Source of the DNA: a virus
Taxonomy: Duplodnaviria > Caudoviricetes
Direction: 5' to 3' (one strand)
DNA length: 38,729 nt
IMG/VR virus record: IMGVR_UViG_3300005837_000042
Span: 1 to 38,729 of that record
Made by a program: the position numbers and the translations under genes
Notes under the pieces: model-generated
Database searches by the model: none
What the model was told of the DNA's origin: nothing
What the model saw: only the letters and a program-made list of their open reading frames with translations
Shown here: piece after piece, positions 1 to 8,441 of the stretch
Layout of the letters: every line of letters starts with the position of its first letter
How positions within the stretch are numbered: position 1 is the first letter of the stretch

Positions 1-1
1 C

Positions 2-18
2 ACTTAACTCAGTTAACT
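2..18. promoter_or_regulatory. Motif A copy 1 (ACTTAACTCAGTTAACT), putative repressor site
   Basis: One of 7 near-identical copies; immediately upstream of the AAAGGA RBS of the HTH gene. Confidence 0.7.
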
Positions 19-35
19 ATAAAGGAACTAACAGC

Positions 36-326
36 ATGAACTATTCTGTAGCATTTAAAATGCCTGAAGAAACAGGTCGCTTTCAATCACCTATGTTGCC
101 GACAGTACGCCCACAAAGAGGTACTGGTCGCGGCTCTCAATACTCAAAGGCTGAACAGAAGCGCATCGTTGAACACCTACTTGTCCACGCTATCCGCGCT
201 GAAGAGTTAGCCGAACACTTCAAGATGTCACTCGCTTCTGTCTACAACTGGAAGCGTGACTACCTGATGGGTATGTACGCTGACGAAGTGATTTACAATC
301 ACACTATCGCTTTCCGCCGCTCTTAA
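36..326 (+). CDS. Helix-turn-helix DNA-binding protein (homeodomain-like/HTH_Tnp_1-like)
   Basis: YSKAEQKRIV...RAEELAEHFKMSLASVYNWKRDY is a typical HTH pattern; RBS AAAGGA upstream. Confidence 0.75.
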   Translation: MNYSVAFKMPEETGRFQSPMLPTVRPQRGTGRGSQYSKAEQKRIVEHLLVHAIRAEELAEHFKMSLASVYNWKRDYLMGMYADEVIYNHTIAFRRS

Positions 327-352
327 TGGGTTGGGGATATTTTCTAGCAGGG

Positions 353-380
353 GTGTGGGGCTACGGCCTCATACTTTTTT
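353..380 (+). terminator. Intrinsic terminator after HTH gene
   Basis: Stem GTGTGGGGC/GCCTCATAC, cUACGg tetraloop, T6 tract. Confidence 0.8.
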
Positions 381-423
381 GTATCTGGGTTTGGATACAC
401 CTATTCACCGTTTTAGAGGTAAT

Positions 424-669
424 ATGATGACTACGAATGAAATCAAAAAAGGTATGCGCTTCAAGCTGGCAAATGGCTGGTGGGCTACCATGATGGATAA
501 CAAGCGGGGTAATATCCGCATGGCAGAGGTTGAGGGTCTGTACACAGAGATTGGAAGTGTATATGCTCACGACATCATTTCTTGTGAACAGGACGGTGTA
601 CTACACACCATTGCCCTGACAGACCAACAAAAATCACACGCTCAAACGGTGCAACAGCTTGGTTTGTAA
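424..669 (+). CDS. Hypothetical early protein (81 aa)
   Basis: ATG 424/427 after AGAGGT RBS; shorter than the tracked ORF 331..669. Confidence 0.75.
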   Translation: MMTTNEIKKGMRFKLANGWWATMMDNKRGNIRMAEVEGLYTEIGSVYAHDIISCEQDGVLHTIALTDQQKSHAQTVQQLGL

Positions 670-694
670 CAATAAAGTCACGAATATACTAAAC

Positions 695-718
695 GGGGCG
701 TTCACTTTTGGACGCCCC
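695..718. other. 10-bp GC-rich intergenic hairpin without U tract
   Basis: GGGGCGTTCA-cttt-TGGACGCCCC; possibly a processing, pause or stability hairpin. Confidence 0.5.
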
Positions 719-748
719 AAAACCCCCAAAACTAAGGAGAAAAACTCC

Positions 749-910
749 ATGTGGGATTATTGGTACTTTACCTTTGGTAACAAAGAAGTATATATAGATG
801 TTAAGACGGGTAGACCTTTGTCTATTGCGTTACATCGTGACAACTCAACCAGAAGTGTAACCATTTGGCTTGGATGGGTATACATCTTAATATCAACTGA
901 TACAGGCTAG
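749..910 (+). CDS. Hypothetical early protein (53 aa, aromatic-rich)
   Basis: ATG 749 after AAGGAG (734-739). Confidence 0.6.
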   Translation: MWDYWYFTFGNKEVYIDVKTGRPLSIALHRDNSTRSVTIWLGWVYILISTDTG

Positions 911-932
911 TCATGGATACCTGACTATAAAC

Positions 933-947
933 CTACCATTTTGGAGA
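933..947. promoter_or_regulatory. Motif B degenerate copy (CTACCA-TTT-TGGAGA) over the MarR RBS
   Basis: Same CCA-N3-TGG core as copies at 2424, 5012 and 8439; overlaps GGAG. Confidence 0.4.
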
Positions 948-954
948 CTTGTAA

Positions 955-1296
955 ATGTCGAAGGAAATTAACCGACTACTTATTGCCTTGGAACAGTTCA
1001 GGGCTATAAATCCAAATATGCCTGTTCAACAGGTTCAGACTTTTCTTTATGTCTGCAAACACGAACAAGACGAGGGCGGCTGTAATGTCAGAGATTTGGC
1101 AACCGCCCTTGACTATTCTTTAGCATCCGCATCAAGGAACATTGCCGCGTTTAGTGAAGTAACTCGCCATAAGAAGCAGGGGCCAAACCTTCTAGAGGCT
1201 AGAGAGGACTTCTATAACCGCGCTTATAAACGGATATCCCTTACAGAAGGGGGCCGCCGATTACGAAATACATTACAGGAGTTAGTAGCAACATGA
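955..1296 (+). CDS. MarR-like winged-helix transcriptional regulator (candidate repressor)
   Basis: QQVQTFLYV...VRDLATALDYSLASASRNI...EDFYNRAYKRISLTEGGR is a wHTH with MarR wing signature; ATGA-coupled to integrase. Confidence 0.85.
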   Translation: MSKEINRLLIALEQFRAINPNMPVQQVQTFLYVCKHEQDEGGCNVRDLATALDYSLASASRNIAAFSEVTRHKKQGPNLLEAREDFYNRAYKRISLTEGGRRLRNTLQELVAT

Positions 1297-2285
1297 CGGT
1301 ATCTCAAAGAGGTAAAGGCTGGCAAGCATATGTCCAGCACGAAGGTAAGCGTTACAGACGCACGTTTTCTACACACGCAGAGGCTTCACAATGGGAAGTG
1401 TTGGCTAGGAATAGCCTTATACTTGGTAAGCCACTTCCTGAGTTAACTGAGTTAACCTCTGGCGTGGGTAGTGGGTGGACGTTAGGCCAAGCGGCAGAAC
1501 GTACTTTTCGGATGCGGTGGAAGGAAAGCCGCTCCGAGAAGACCCACCTGATTAACATGAGGAAGAACCTCGATTACTTTGGGGACAAATGTCCCCTGAG
1601 TAACATCACCACTGAAGCCATTGATGACTTCATACTGCACCTGAAGGACAAGCGTCTTTCAGGTTCTACGATTAACCGTGTCCTGATGAACTTATCTCGC
1701 ATACTGCGTACTGCCAGAGAGTACAACAAGATGGACACGCATCCTGTTATTCACAGACAGCCAGAGGGGGAACACCGTCTGCGCTGGTTGAATGATAGCG
1801 AGGTTGATAGGATGATAGTTGCGGCCCAAGAGTTTGGGTACTTGACGTTGCGGGATGCCATCATAGTTGCTGTAGACACTGGGGTAAGACGCGGTGAACT
1901 ACAGCGTATTAAGAAAGATGACATAACGAGACAAGGACTAGGCGTTTGGGAATCCAAAAACATGACGGGTAGGATTATTCCGCTGACCAAACGTGCCAGA
2001 GGTGTACTGGATATGCGTGATGGAGACTTCCTGTTTCCACAAAACGAGTTCATTCGTTCCGCGTTTGACCGCATCAAACATCACTGTGACTTGGGTGCTG
2101 ACGTTGTTTGGCATACCCTGCGTCATACTTTCGCTTCCAGACTTGTGCAGAAGAACGTACCTATACAGGTTGTGCAAAAGTTAATGGGGCATAAAACTAT
2201 ACAGATAACTATGCGCTATGCTAAGATACATGACGATAACTTGATATCAGCAATCAGTGCGATAGATAATGTATCGACTGCGTAA
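1293..2285 (+). CDS. int: Tyrosine recombinase/phage integrase
   Basis: Catalytic R (TGVRRGEL), K (ESKN), HxxR (HTLRH), H (LMGH), Y (TMRYA); N-terminal arm-binding-like domain. Confidence 0.96.
   Translation: MTVSQRGKGWQAYVQHEGKRYRRTFSTHAEASQWEVLARNSLILGKPLPELTELTSGVGSGWTLGQAAERTFRMRWKESRSEKTHLINMRKNLDYFGDKCPLSNITTEAIDDFILHLKDKRLSGSTINRVLMNLSRILRTAREYNKMDTHPVIHRQPEGEHRLRWLNDSEVDRMIVAAQEFGYLTLRDAIIVAVDTGVRRGELQRIKKDDITRQGLGVWESKNMTGRIIPLTKRARGVLDMRDGDFLFPQNEFIRSAFDRIKHHCDLGADVVWHTLRHTFASRLVQKNVPIQVVQKLMGHKTIQITMRYAKIHDDNLISAISAIDNVSTA
1440..1457. promoter_or_regulatory. Motif A copy 2 (GAGTTAACTGAGTTAACC) inside integrase
   Basis: Encodes ELTELT in the interdomain linker. Confidence 0.7.
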
Positions 2286-2314
2286 TTTTGTGGCGTGGTT
2301 GGTGGCGTAACGTG

Positions 2315-2402
2315 GCGCGGGTGGCGGAATTGGTAGACGCAACGGGCTTAAAACCCGTTATCTTTCAAAGGTGTAGGGGTTCGAGTCCCCTCCCGCGCAC
2401 CA
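2315..2402 (+). tRNA. tRNA-Leu(TAA)
   Basis: Acceptor GCGCGGG/CCCGCGC, discriminator A, encoded CCA; anticodon arm ACGGG-CTTAAAA-CCCGT; long variable arm; T arm AGGGG-TTCGAGT-CCCCT. Confidence 0.95.
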
Positions 2403-2419
2403 CTTAAAATCCACCGCCC

Positions 2420-2448
2420 TTGAAATCCACTCTGGTAAGTGTTAAAGA
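2420..2448 (+). promoter_or_regulatory. Candidate host sigma70 promoter for RNAP with motif B in its spacer
   Basis: TTGAAA-N17-TAAAGA; AATCCA-CTC-TGGTAA (2424-2438) covers the spacer. Confidence 0.45.
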
Positions 2449-2536
2449 ACAAACACTTAGCCACCCCACATTACACAGTTACACTTACGGAAGACTTGTT
2501 CCGCCGCGCCACAATCCCTCGTGGCGTGGTGGTGCA

Positions 2537-2553
2537 ATTAATGGACATTATAG
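2537..2553 (+). promoter_or_regulatory. Phage RNAP promoter P1 (ATTAATGGACATTATAG)
   Basis: Repeated at 5034, 13857 and 38508, all at gene boundaries; resembles SP6 ATTTAGGTGACACTATAG. Confidence 0.8.
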
Positions 2554-2584
2554 CCCTCGCTGGGTCAAACCTTTAGGAGTACCT

Positions 2585-5008
2585 ATGACATCTCTCTTAG
2601 AAACACAGAGAAAACTAGAAGCTGATATGCAGACCAAGGGCATTGAGTATTACCGCTCTGAGGTTCGCAAGGCACAAGAACAGAATAATGAATCTACTAC
2701 CATGTATGGTATTCTCGCTATGAAGCGTAGTGTGGATTCCGTGACGAATACCATTGAGACTTTTCTTGATGAGGCATTCACAGGCAGGGCTGGTAGGCTA
2801 TCTTCTGCTGGACACTTATTGTCCCTTATTGAACCAGAGGTAGCCGCATACCTTTCCCTAAAGTCAGCCATTGATGGCGTAAGCAAAAACCAGACACTTA
2901 CGAAGTGTGCTATGGCTATTGCTGGTATGCTGGAAGACCAGTTCAAGTTCAGTATGTTTGAAGAGAAAGAACCTCATTGGTTTCGCCGCATCAAAGAGGA
3001 TGTCAATAAGCGTACCAGCAATAGGTATTTCCGCCGCTATGCTATTATCCACACCATGAACAAGAAAGCACTCATTGACCATGAGCCGTGGAGTAAGCAA
3101 GAGAAGATGCACCTTGGTTGTAAGCTTATCGACTTAATCATAAAGGCTACTGGTTTGTTTGAGTTGACCACACATACCTTTGGTCGCACCAAACGTGTTC
3201 TATATCTCGCACCGACTGAGAAGACCCTGAACTGGATTGAGTCCATCAACGAGCAAGGTGAGGTCATTACGCCTCGCTATATGCCCTGCGTGATACCACC
3301 GCGTGATTGGCATAGTCCATTTGGTGGTGGCTACCATACTCGCCACATACGCCCACTTCCGCTGGTCAAGACGGTTAACCGTAGGTATCTGGAAGAGATT
3401 GAGCATCACGATATGCCAGAAGAGTACAAGGCGATTAATGCCCTACAGAAAACTAAGTGGGTTGTTAACAAGCCTGTTCTGGATGTGATGAAGAATTGTT
3501 GGGACTCTGGCGATAGCTGGGCTGGGCTACCACAGAGAGACAGGCTGTCTTTACCACCTTCCCCCTTCCCGAATATGAAGAAGGAAGATATGTCGGAGAG
3601 CCAGCAACTGCGCTTCCGTGAGTGGAAACACGCGGCATCTCGCGTTCATCAGGCTAATGCACGTTTGAATAGTAAGCGGCTACAGCTAGTACGCACAGTG
3701 GCTATGGCTCAAAAGTTCTCAGAGTTCGATGAGTTCTACTTTGTCTGGCAGAATGATTTCCGTGGACGCAAGTATGTAGTGAGTAGTTTCCTGACCCCGC
3801 AAGGGCCAGACTATTCCAAAGCGTTACTGACGTTTGCCAACGGCGTAACCCTGACTGAAGAAGGGGAATACTGGCTGGCTGTACACGGTGCTAACTGCTT
3901 CGGTGAGGATAAGGTATCCTTTGATGACCGCCGCGCATGGGTACAAGAGAACCAGAACAACATTATTGATGTTGCTACTGACCCTTATGAGAACAAGTGG
4001 TGGACACAAGCGGATGACCCGTGGATGTTCCTCGCGTTCTGCTTTGAGTGGGCTTCGACAGAGATTGGTGACCTGACGCACCTTCCCGTTAGTCTGGATG
4101 GGTCTAACAACGGCCTACAGCATCTGAGTGCTATCCAGCGTGACTACCGTGGTGGTGAGAGTACTAACCTAGTTCCGCATGAGACACCTCGTGATATCTA
4201 CCAAGATGTTGCTGATGCTGTTATTGAGGTACTGGAGAGCCGTAAGGCGCACGATACAATGGCACAGCAATGGCTGGAGTTTGGTGTCTCTCGCAAGACA
4301 ACCAAGCGGCCTGTGATGGTAGTGCCATACGGGGGGCGTATCTATTCCACCCGTCAGTATATTGAGAACTACATTGTAGACATGATTGAGGGCGGTCATT
4401 CCAGCCCTTGGGGGCATGACCTGTTTGAGCCGTCACACTACCTAGCTGATATTGTCTGGGAGTGTATCTCAAGAGTGATTACCTCTGCCCGTACTGTGAT
4501 GGATTGGTTACAGGATATCTCAAGCAAAGTATCTGCTGAGAACCTTCCAGTGATTTGGGAAACACCTACGAACTTCCTAGTTCACCAGATGTATCCCGAA
4601 ACTCGGTCACGCCGTATCACTACGCATATCGACAATAGTCTGATAAAGCCACAGGTTCGTGAACAGAACTTTGGTAAGTCTGACCGCCGCCGTGCAGTGA
4701 ATGGTGCATCACCTAACTTTATCCACTCTCTGGATTCAGCGGCTATGACCTTGACTATTAATAGGTGTGCTGATGAGGGTATTAGTGACTTCGCAATGGT
4801 GCATGACTCGTATGGTGTTCATGCTTCCAACGTGCCTAGTCTGTACCGATTGACGAGGAGTGCTTTCGTGGATATGTACATGGGCAATGATGTTCTAAAA
4901 GACTTCGCAAATTTCGCATTAGAAGTTCTGGATACAGTACCTGTACCACCAGAAAAAGGTGACTTGGATTTATCTAAGGTTACCGATAGTAAGTACTTCT
5001 TTGCTTAA
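2585..5008 (+). CDS. T7-like single-subunit DNA-directed RNA polymerase (gp1)
   Basis: Motifs DFRGR, DGSNNGLQH, RKTTKRPVMVVPYG, PNFIHSLD, HDS, C-terminal YFFA; start placed at ATG 2585 after AGGAG. Confidence 0.98.
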   Translation: MTSLLETQRKLEADMQTKGIEYYRSEVRKAQEQNNESTTMYGILAMKRSVDSVTNTIETFLDEAFTGRAGRLSSAGHLLSLIEPEVAAYLSLKSAIDGVSKNQTLTKCAMAIAGMLEDQFKFSMFEEKEPHWFRRIKEDVNKRTSNRYFRRYAIIHTMNKKALIDHEPWSKQEKMHLGCKLIDLIIKATGLFELTTHTFGRTKRVLYLAPTEKTLNWIESINEQGEVITPRYMPCVIPPRDWHSPFGGGYHTRHIRPLPLVKTVNRRYLEEIEHHDMPEEYKAINALQKTKWVVNKPVLDVMKNCWDSGDSWAGLPQRDRLSLPPSPFPNMKKEDMSESQQLRFREWKHAASRVHQANARLNSKRLQLVRTVAMAQKFSEFDEFYFVWQNDFRGRKYVVSSFLTPQGPDYSKALLTFANGVTLTEEGEYWLAVHGANCFGEDKVSFDDRRAWVQENQNNIIDVATDPYENKWWTQADDPWMFLAFCFEWASTEIGDLTHLPVSLDGSNNGLQHLSAIQRDYRGGESTNLVPHETPRDIYQDVADAVIEVLESRKAHDTMAQQWLEFGVSRKTTKRPVMVVPYGGRIYSTRQYIENYIVDMIEGGHSSPWGHDLFEPSHYLADIVWECISRVITSARTVMDWLQDISSKVSAENLPVIWETPTNFLVHQMYPETRSRRITTHIDNSLIKPQVREQNFGKSDRRRAVNGASPNFIHSLDSAAMTLTINRCADEGISDFAMVHDSYGVHASNVPSLYRLTRSAFVDMYMGNDVLKDFANFALEVLDTVPVPPEKGDLDLSKVTDSKYFFA

Positions 5009-5011
5009 TCT

Positions 5012-5033
5012 ATTCCACTTTGGTAACAGGTAC
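5012..5033. promoter_or_regulatory. Motif B copy (ATTCCACTTTGGTAACAGGTAC) abutting promoter P2
   Basis: 18/19 identical to 8442-8460. Confidence 0.65.
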
Positions 5034-5050
5034 ATTTATGGACACTATAG
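5034..5050 (+). promoter_or_regulatory. Phage RNAP promoter P2 (ATTTATGGACACTATAG)
   Basis: Consensus copy just after the RNAP stop, heading the replication module. Confidence 0.85.
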
Positions 5051-5051
5051 C

Positions 5052-5186
5052 ATGACTATTTCAAACACCGAAACGCTCATTGCGTTTTACAAGATTCTGG
5101 TTCTTCGGGATATCGCTATCCCAACGGACTTGATTGCCAAGCTTCTTGAAGCTGGCGTTGATGTCTCCGCCTTGGCGCGGAGTTAA
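5052..5186 (+). CDS. Small hypothetical protein (44 aa), near-leaderless
   Basis: MTISNTETL...IPTDLIAKLLEAGVDV; fills the gap between P2 and SSB. Confidence 0.65.
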   Translation: MTISNTETLIAFYKILVLRDIAIPTDLIAKLLEAGVDVSALARS

Positions 5187-5197
5187 CTAAGTTAACC
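5180..5197. promoter_or_regulatory. Motif A copy 3 (GAGTTAACTAAGTTAACC)
   Basis: Directly upstream of the SSB RBS (AGGAG 5202-5206). Confidence 0.7.
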
Positions 5198-5212
5198 TAT
5201 TAGGAGACAAGT

Positions 5213-5836
5213 ATGGGTTTTCCAACCACTGCTAAAGGTAAAGCCTTTTGGACTTATGCCTTTACCCCCGATACCAAATTTGATGCTGATGGTAAGTATC
5301 ACATTAAGCTTCGTATTGGCGGTCAGGAAGCTATCGACTTCTCAAAGTATGTCGATGACTTGATTGACCAATCTCTTGCGGAAGCAACAGAGAATAATCC
5401 TCAGAAGAAGATTAAGAAGAACAATACCGTCTACACTGAGGTTCTTGATGACAACGGTACACCTACTGGTGAACTTGAATTTCAGTTCAAGCAGAAGGCT
5501 ACAATCACCAAGAAAGATAAGTCCGTTATGAATATGCGAGTGGCTGTGTTCGATGCCAAAGGCAAGCCAATTACTGAGCCTGTCGAGGTTGGTAACGGCT
5601 CTACAGTCAAAGTTGCATATGACCCATTCAAGTGGGTAACCCCTACTCTGGGGGCTGGCGCGACACTACGGTTCAAGGGACTACAGATTATTGACCTTGT
5701 AGAACGTGGCGGGTCTAACGCTGATGGCTTCGGCTTCGGAGAAGAAGACGGGTATTCGCACAATAACAATAATAATAATAGCGATGATAATAATGAGTTC
5801 TTCCAAGAAGCGTCTGACCAAGACGAAGACTTTTAG
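5213..5836 (+). CDS. ssb: Single-stranded DNA-binding protein (T7 gp2.5-like)
   Basis: PDTKF, VGNGSTVKV, GLQIIDLVE, acidic tail ending in DF; position in module. Confidence 0.93.
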   Translation: MGFPTTAKGKAFWTYAFTPDTKFDADGKYHIKLRIGGQEAIDFSKYVDDLIDQSLAEATENNPQKKIKKNNTVYTEVLDDNGTPTGELEFQFKQKATITKKDKSVMNMRVAVFDAKGKPITEPVEVGNGSTVKVAYDPFKWVTPTLGAGATLRFKGLQIIDLVERGGSNADGFGFGEEDGYSHNNNNNNSDDNNEFFQEASDQDEDF

Positions 5837-6170
5837 GTCTAAGTTTGAGCAAACAGTTGCCCAAGATTTAGATAAGCAAAAGGTAGACTACGAGTACGAG
5901 GCACACCGCCTACCGTATGTAGTAGAACGAAACTACCTTCCAGATTTCAGGTTACCATCTGGGGTGTTTGTAGAAGCTAAAGGCTACTTCAAATCTGCTG
6001 ACCAACGAAAGCATAAGCTTCTGAAGGAACAGAGTCCTCACCTTGAGGTTCGCTTTGTCTTTCAGAACGCTAGTGGTCGTGTTCAAGGAAGCAAGCTGAG
6101 TTGCGCTGAATGGTGTGACAAGCACGGCTTTCTGTATGCAGAGAGCGTTGTACCAAAGGAGTGGCTATGA
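5793..6170 (+). CDS. Endonuclease I / Holliday junction resolvase (T7 gp3-like); start uncertain
   Basis: FRSKFE, YLPDF, VEAKG, RFVF, WCDKHGF. Confidence 0.92.
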   Translation: MSSSKKRLTKTKTFRSKFEQTVAQDLDKQKVDYEYEAHRLPYVVERNYLPDFRLPSGVFVEAKGYFKSADQRKHKLLKEQSPHLEVRFVFQNASGRVQGSKLSCAEWCDKHGFLYAESVVPKEWL

Positions 6171-6601
6171 GCAAACGCACAGAGACTGACTTTATTGTCA
6201 TACATTGTTCAGCAACCAAGGCTTCCATGAATACGGATGCCAAGGAGATTGACCGATGGCACAGACAAAAGGGTTGGCGAAAAATCGGATACCATTGGGT
6301 CATCAGACGCGATGGGGTCGTTGAAGAAGGTCGTGAACTAGATGAAGTAGGCGCACACGCGAGGGGTTATAACTCCAAGAGCATTGGCATCTGCATGGTT
6401 GGCGGCATTGATGACAACGGCGAACCTGAAAATAACTACACTGATGAGCAATGGAAATCATTGGAAGAACTGGTGAACCAGATGAAGCTACCGTATCCCG
6501 ATGCGGAAGTTCTGGGTCACTGTGACCTTCCTGATGTTGCCAAAGCTTGTCCGTGTTTTGATGTGAGGGAATGGTGGACAGCAACGAAAGCAATTTCGTA
6601 A
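6167..6601 (+). CDS. N-acetylmuramoyl-L-alanine amidase (T7 gp3.5-like lysozyme)
   Basis: IVIHCSAT, IGYHWVI, GAHARGYN, GHCD, KACPCFDV. Confidence 0.96.
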   Translation: MSKRTETDFIVIHCSATKASMNTDAKEIDRWHRQKGWRKIGYHWVIRRDGVVEEGRELDEVGAHARGYNSKSIGICMVGGIDDNGEPENNYTDEQWKSLEELVNQMKLPYPDAEVLGHCDLPDVAKACPCFDVREWWTATKAIS

Positions 6602-8202
6602 CCCACACACCTTGTCCAGCGTGTCCATCGTCTGACGGTTTTGCACTGTACGATGATGGGCATGGCTGGTGCTTTGTTTGTGGTCATTACGAAGGAACAT
6701 CTGATGATGAGATAAGGAGTAAGCCCAAAGTGAACCATGATTTAATTCAAGATGGTGAATGCAAGACCCTTGGTAAGCGAAAGATTACTCTGGAGACAAC
6801 CAAGAAATGGGGATACCAAGTTGGCAAGTTCAAAGGTAAGCCCGTACAAATAGCAAACTATAAGGACAGCGATGGAAACACCGTTGCCCAGAAGATACGT
6901 TTTCCTAACAAAGACTTCCTATTCATTGGGGATACCAAGTCTGCTGGCCTGTATGGTCAGTGGTTATGGGGGGATGGCGGCAAGAGAGTGGTAGTGACCG
7001 AAGGTGAGGTCGATGCCCTTTCTGTATCACAAGTTATTGGCAAGACATGGCCTGTAGTATCCGTTGGCACGGGTAGTAAGGGTGCAAAGAAAGCCATACA
7101 GAAAGAACTTGAGTGGCTCTGCAAATTTGAAAACGTAATACTAATGTTTGACAATGATGAGGCTGGTAGGACTGCGGCAAAAGAATGTGCGGCTGTTCTC
7201 CCTGCTGGTAAGGCTAAGATAGCCTCACTGCCTCTGAAGGATGCCAACGAGATGTTGGTAGCTGGTCAAACAAAAGAACTCAGTACCGCCATGTTTGAGG
7301 CTAAGTCGTATCGGCCTGACGGTATTGTGAACGGTAGTGAACTCTGGGATGTCGTTACTAAAGAAGATGACACCCAATCATTTGAATACCCCTACGCTGG
7401 TCTTAATTCCAAGACTTTAGGTATCCGCAAGGGGGAGATTGTAACTGTGACCGCTGGTAGCGGCATAGGGAAAAGCCAACTCTGTAGGGAGTTTGCTCAC
7501 TTCCTGTTACAGCAAGGCGAAAGCGTGGGTTACATAGCCCTAGAGGAGTCCGTAAAGCGTACCTCTCTGGGTTTGATGTCTCTTGCTATTAACAAGCCAC
7601 TGCACCTCGGCAATACAGAGGTAAGTAGTGAGGAGTTAAAAGAAGCCTTTGATGCAACTCTGGGTACTGGTCGTGTCTATATGTATGACCATTGGGGTAG
7701 CACCGACAGCGACAATCTCATGGATAAAATTCGTTACCTAGCTAATGGCTGTGGCTGTGGCTGGGTTGTACTTGACCATATCTCAATCGTGGTATCAGGC
7801 ATGGATAACGGTGATGAACGCCGCATGATTGACAATACGATGACCAAGCTAAGAACCTTGGTTGAAGAGGTAAAGGTTGGGTTGATACTGGTATCTCACC
7901 TCAAGCGTCCAGAAGGTAAAGGACATGAGGAAGGTGCTAGAACTACCCTTGCCCAACTCAGAGGCTCGGCTGGTATTGCTCAACTCTCAGATGTTGTTCT
8001 GGGCTGTGAGCGTGACCAACAGGACAAAGAGATGGGTAATGTCACCGTTGTGAGGGTTCTGAAGAACCGTTGGACAGGTGAGACAGGTGTAGCCTCTATG
8101 CTGGAATACGATAAGTACACAGGCCGCATGAACGAACTAGCCGTAACCGACATTGACGATGAGGTTACATTTAAGGACAGCACAAAAAATGAGGAGTTCT
8201 AA
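6571..8202 (+). CDS. DNA primase/helicase (T7 gp4-like)
   Basis: CPAC...CFVC zinc finger, TOPRIM EGEVD and FDNDEAG, Walker A GSGIGKS, LDHIS, LRGS, KNR. Confidence 0.97.
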   Translation: MVDSNESNFVTHTPCPACPSSDGFALYDDGHGWCFVCGHYEGTSDDEIRSKPKVNHDLIQDGECKTLGKRKITLETTKKWGYQVGKFKGKPVQIANYKDSDGNTVAQKIRFPNKDFLFIGDTKSAGLYGQWLWGDGGKRVVVTEGEVDALSVSQVIGKTWPVVSVGTGSKGAKKAIQKELEWLCKFENVILMFDNDEAGRTAAKECAAVLPAGKAKIASLPLKDANEMLVAGQTKELSTAMFEAKSYRPDGIVNGSELWDVVTKEDDTQSFEYPYAGLNSKTLGIRKGEIVTVTAGSGIGKSQLCREFAHFLLQQGESVGYIALEESVKRTSLGLMSLAINKPLHLGNTEVSSEELKEAFDATLGTGRVYMYDHWGSTDSDNLMDKIRYLANGCGCGWVVLDHISIVVSGMDNGDERRMIDNTMTKLRTLVEEVKVGLILVSHLKRPEGKGHEEGARTTLAQLRGSAGIAQLSDVVLGCERDQQDKEMGNVTVVRVLKNRWTGETGVASMLEYDKYTGRMNELAVTDIDDEVTFKDSTKNEEF

Positions 8203-8441
8203 TGCAAGAGCCGCAGAAAAGCCTAATCAACGTCCAAGTCGATGTTGATGTACTTCTACTGAAAGAAGGTATTCAGGTCACAATGTATACCAGTGAGGAT
8301 GATGAGGAAGGTACTGAAGTACTTATTTCGCTAGATGACCTAGTGAAGGAAGTAATTGAGAATGCCAGCCCAGATGAGAACGAAGCTATTGCCCACAATC
8401 TTATCGAAGCATCAAAGGATATTTTGTGTAACCTAACGTAA
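8202..8441 (+). CDS. Hypothetical acidic protein (79 aa)
   Basis: GAGGAG RBS; TAATG coupling to gp4. Confidence 0.75.
   Translation: MQEPQKSLINVQVDVDVLLLKEGIQVTMYTSEDDEEGTEVLISLDDLVKEVIENASPDENEAIAHNLIEASKDILCNLT

Larger units (their letters stand above)
2290..2532. other. Probable attP region: tRNA core flanked by GTGGCG arm-type repeats
   Basis: GTGGCG at 2290, 2302, 2312, 2321 and 2521, inverted CGCCAC at 2507; lies between int and RNAP. Confidence 0.65.

Noticed and set aside
36-326. IS3-family transposase orfA
   Set aside because: No orfB/DDE domain or terminal inverted repeats; a terminator follows
768-780. TTACCTTTGGTAA palindrome as a motif B copy
   Set aside because: Half-site spacing differs and it lies within a CDS; left unassigned
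2420-2584. 55-aa N-terminal extension of RNAP from TTG 2420
   Set aside because: Runs through attP arm and promoter sequence; ATG 2585 has a good AGGAG RBS
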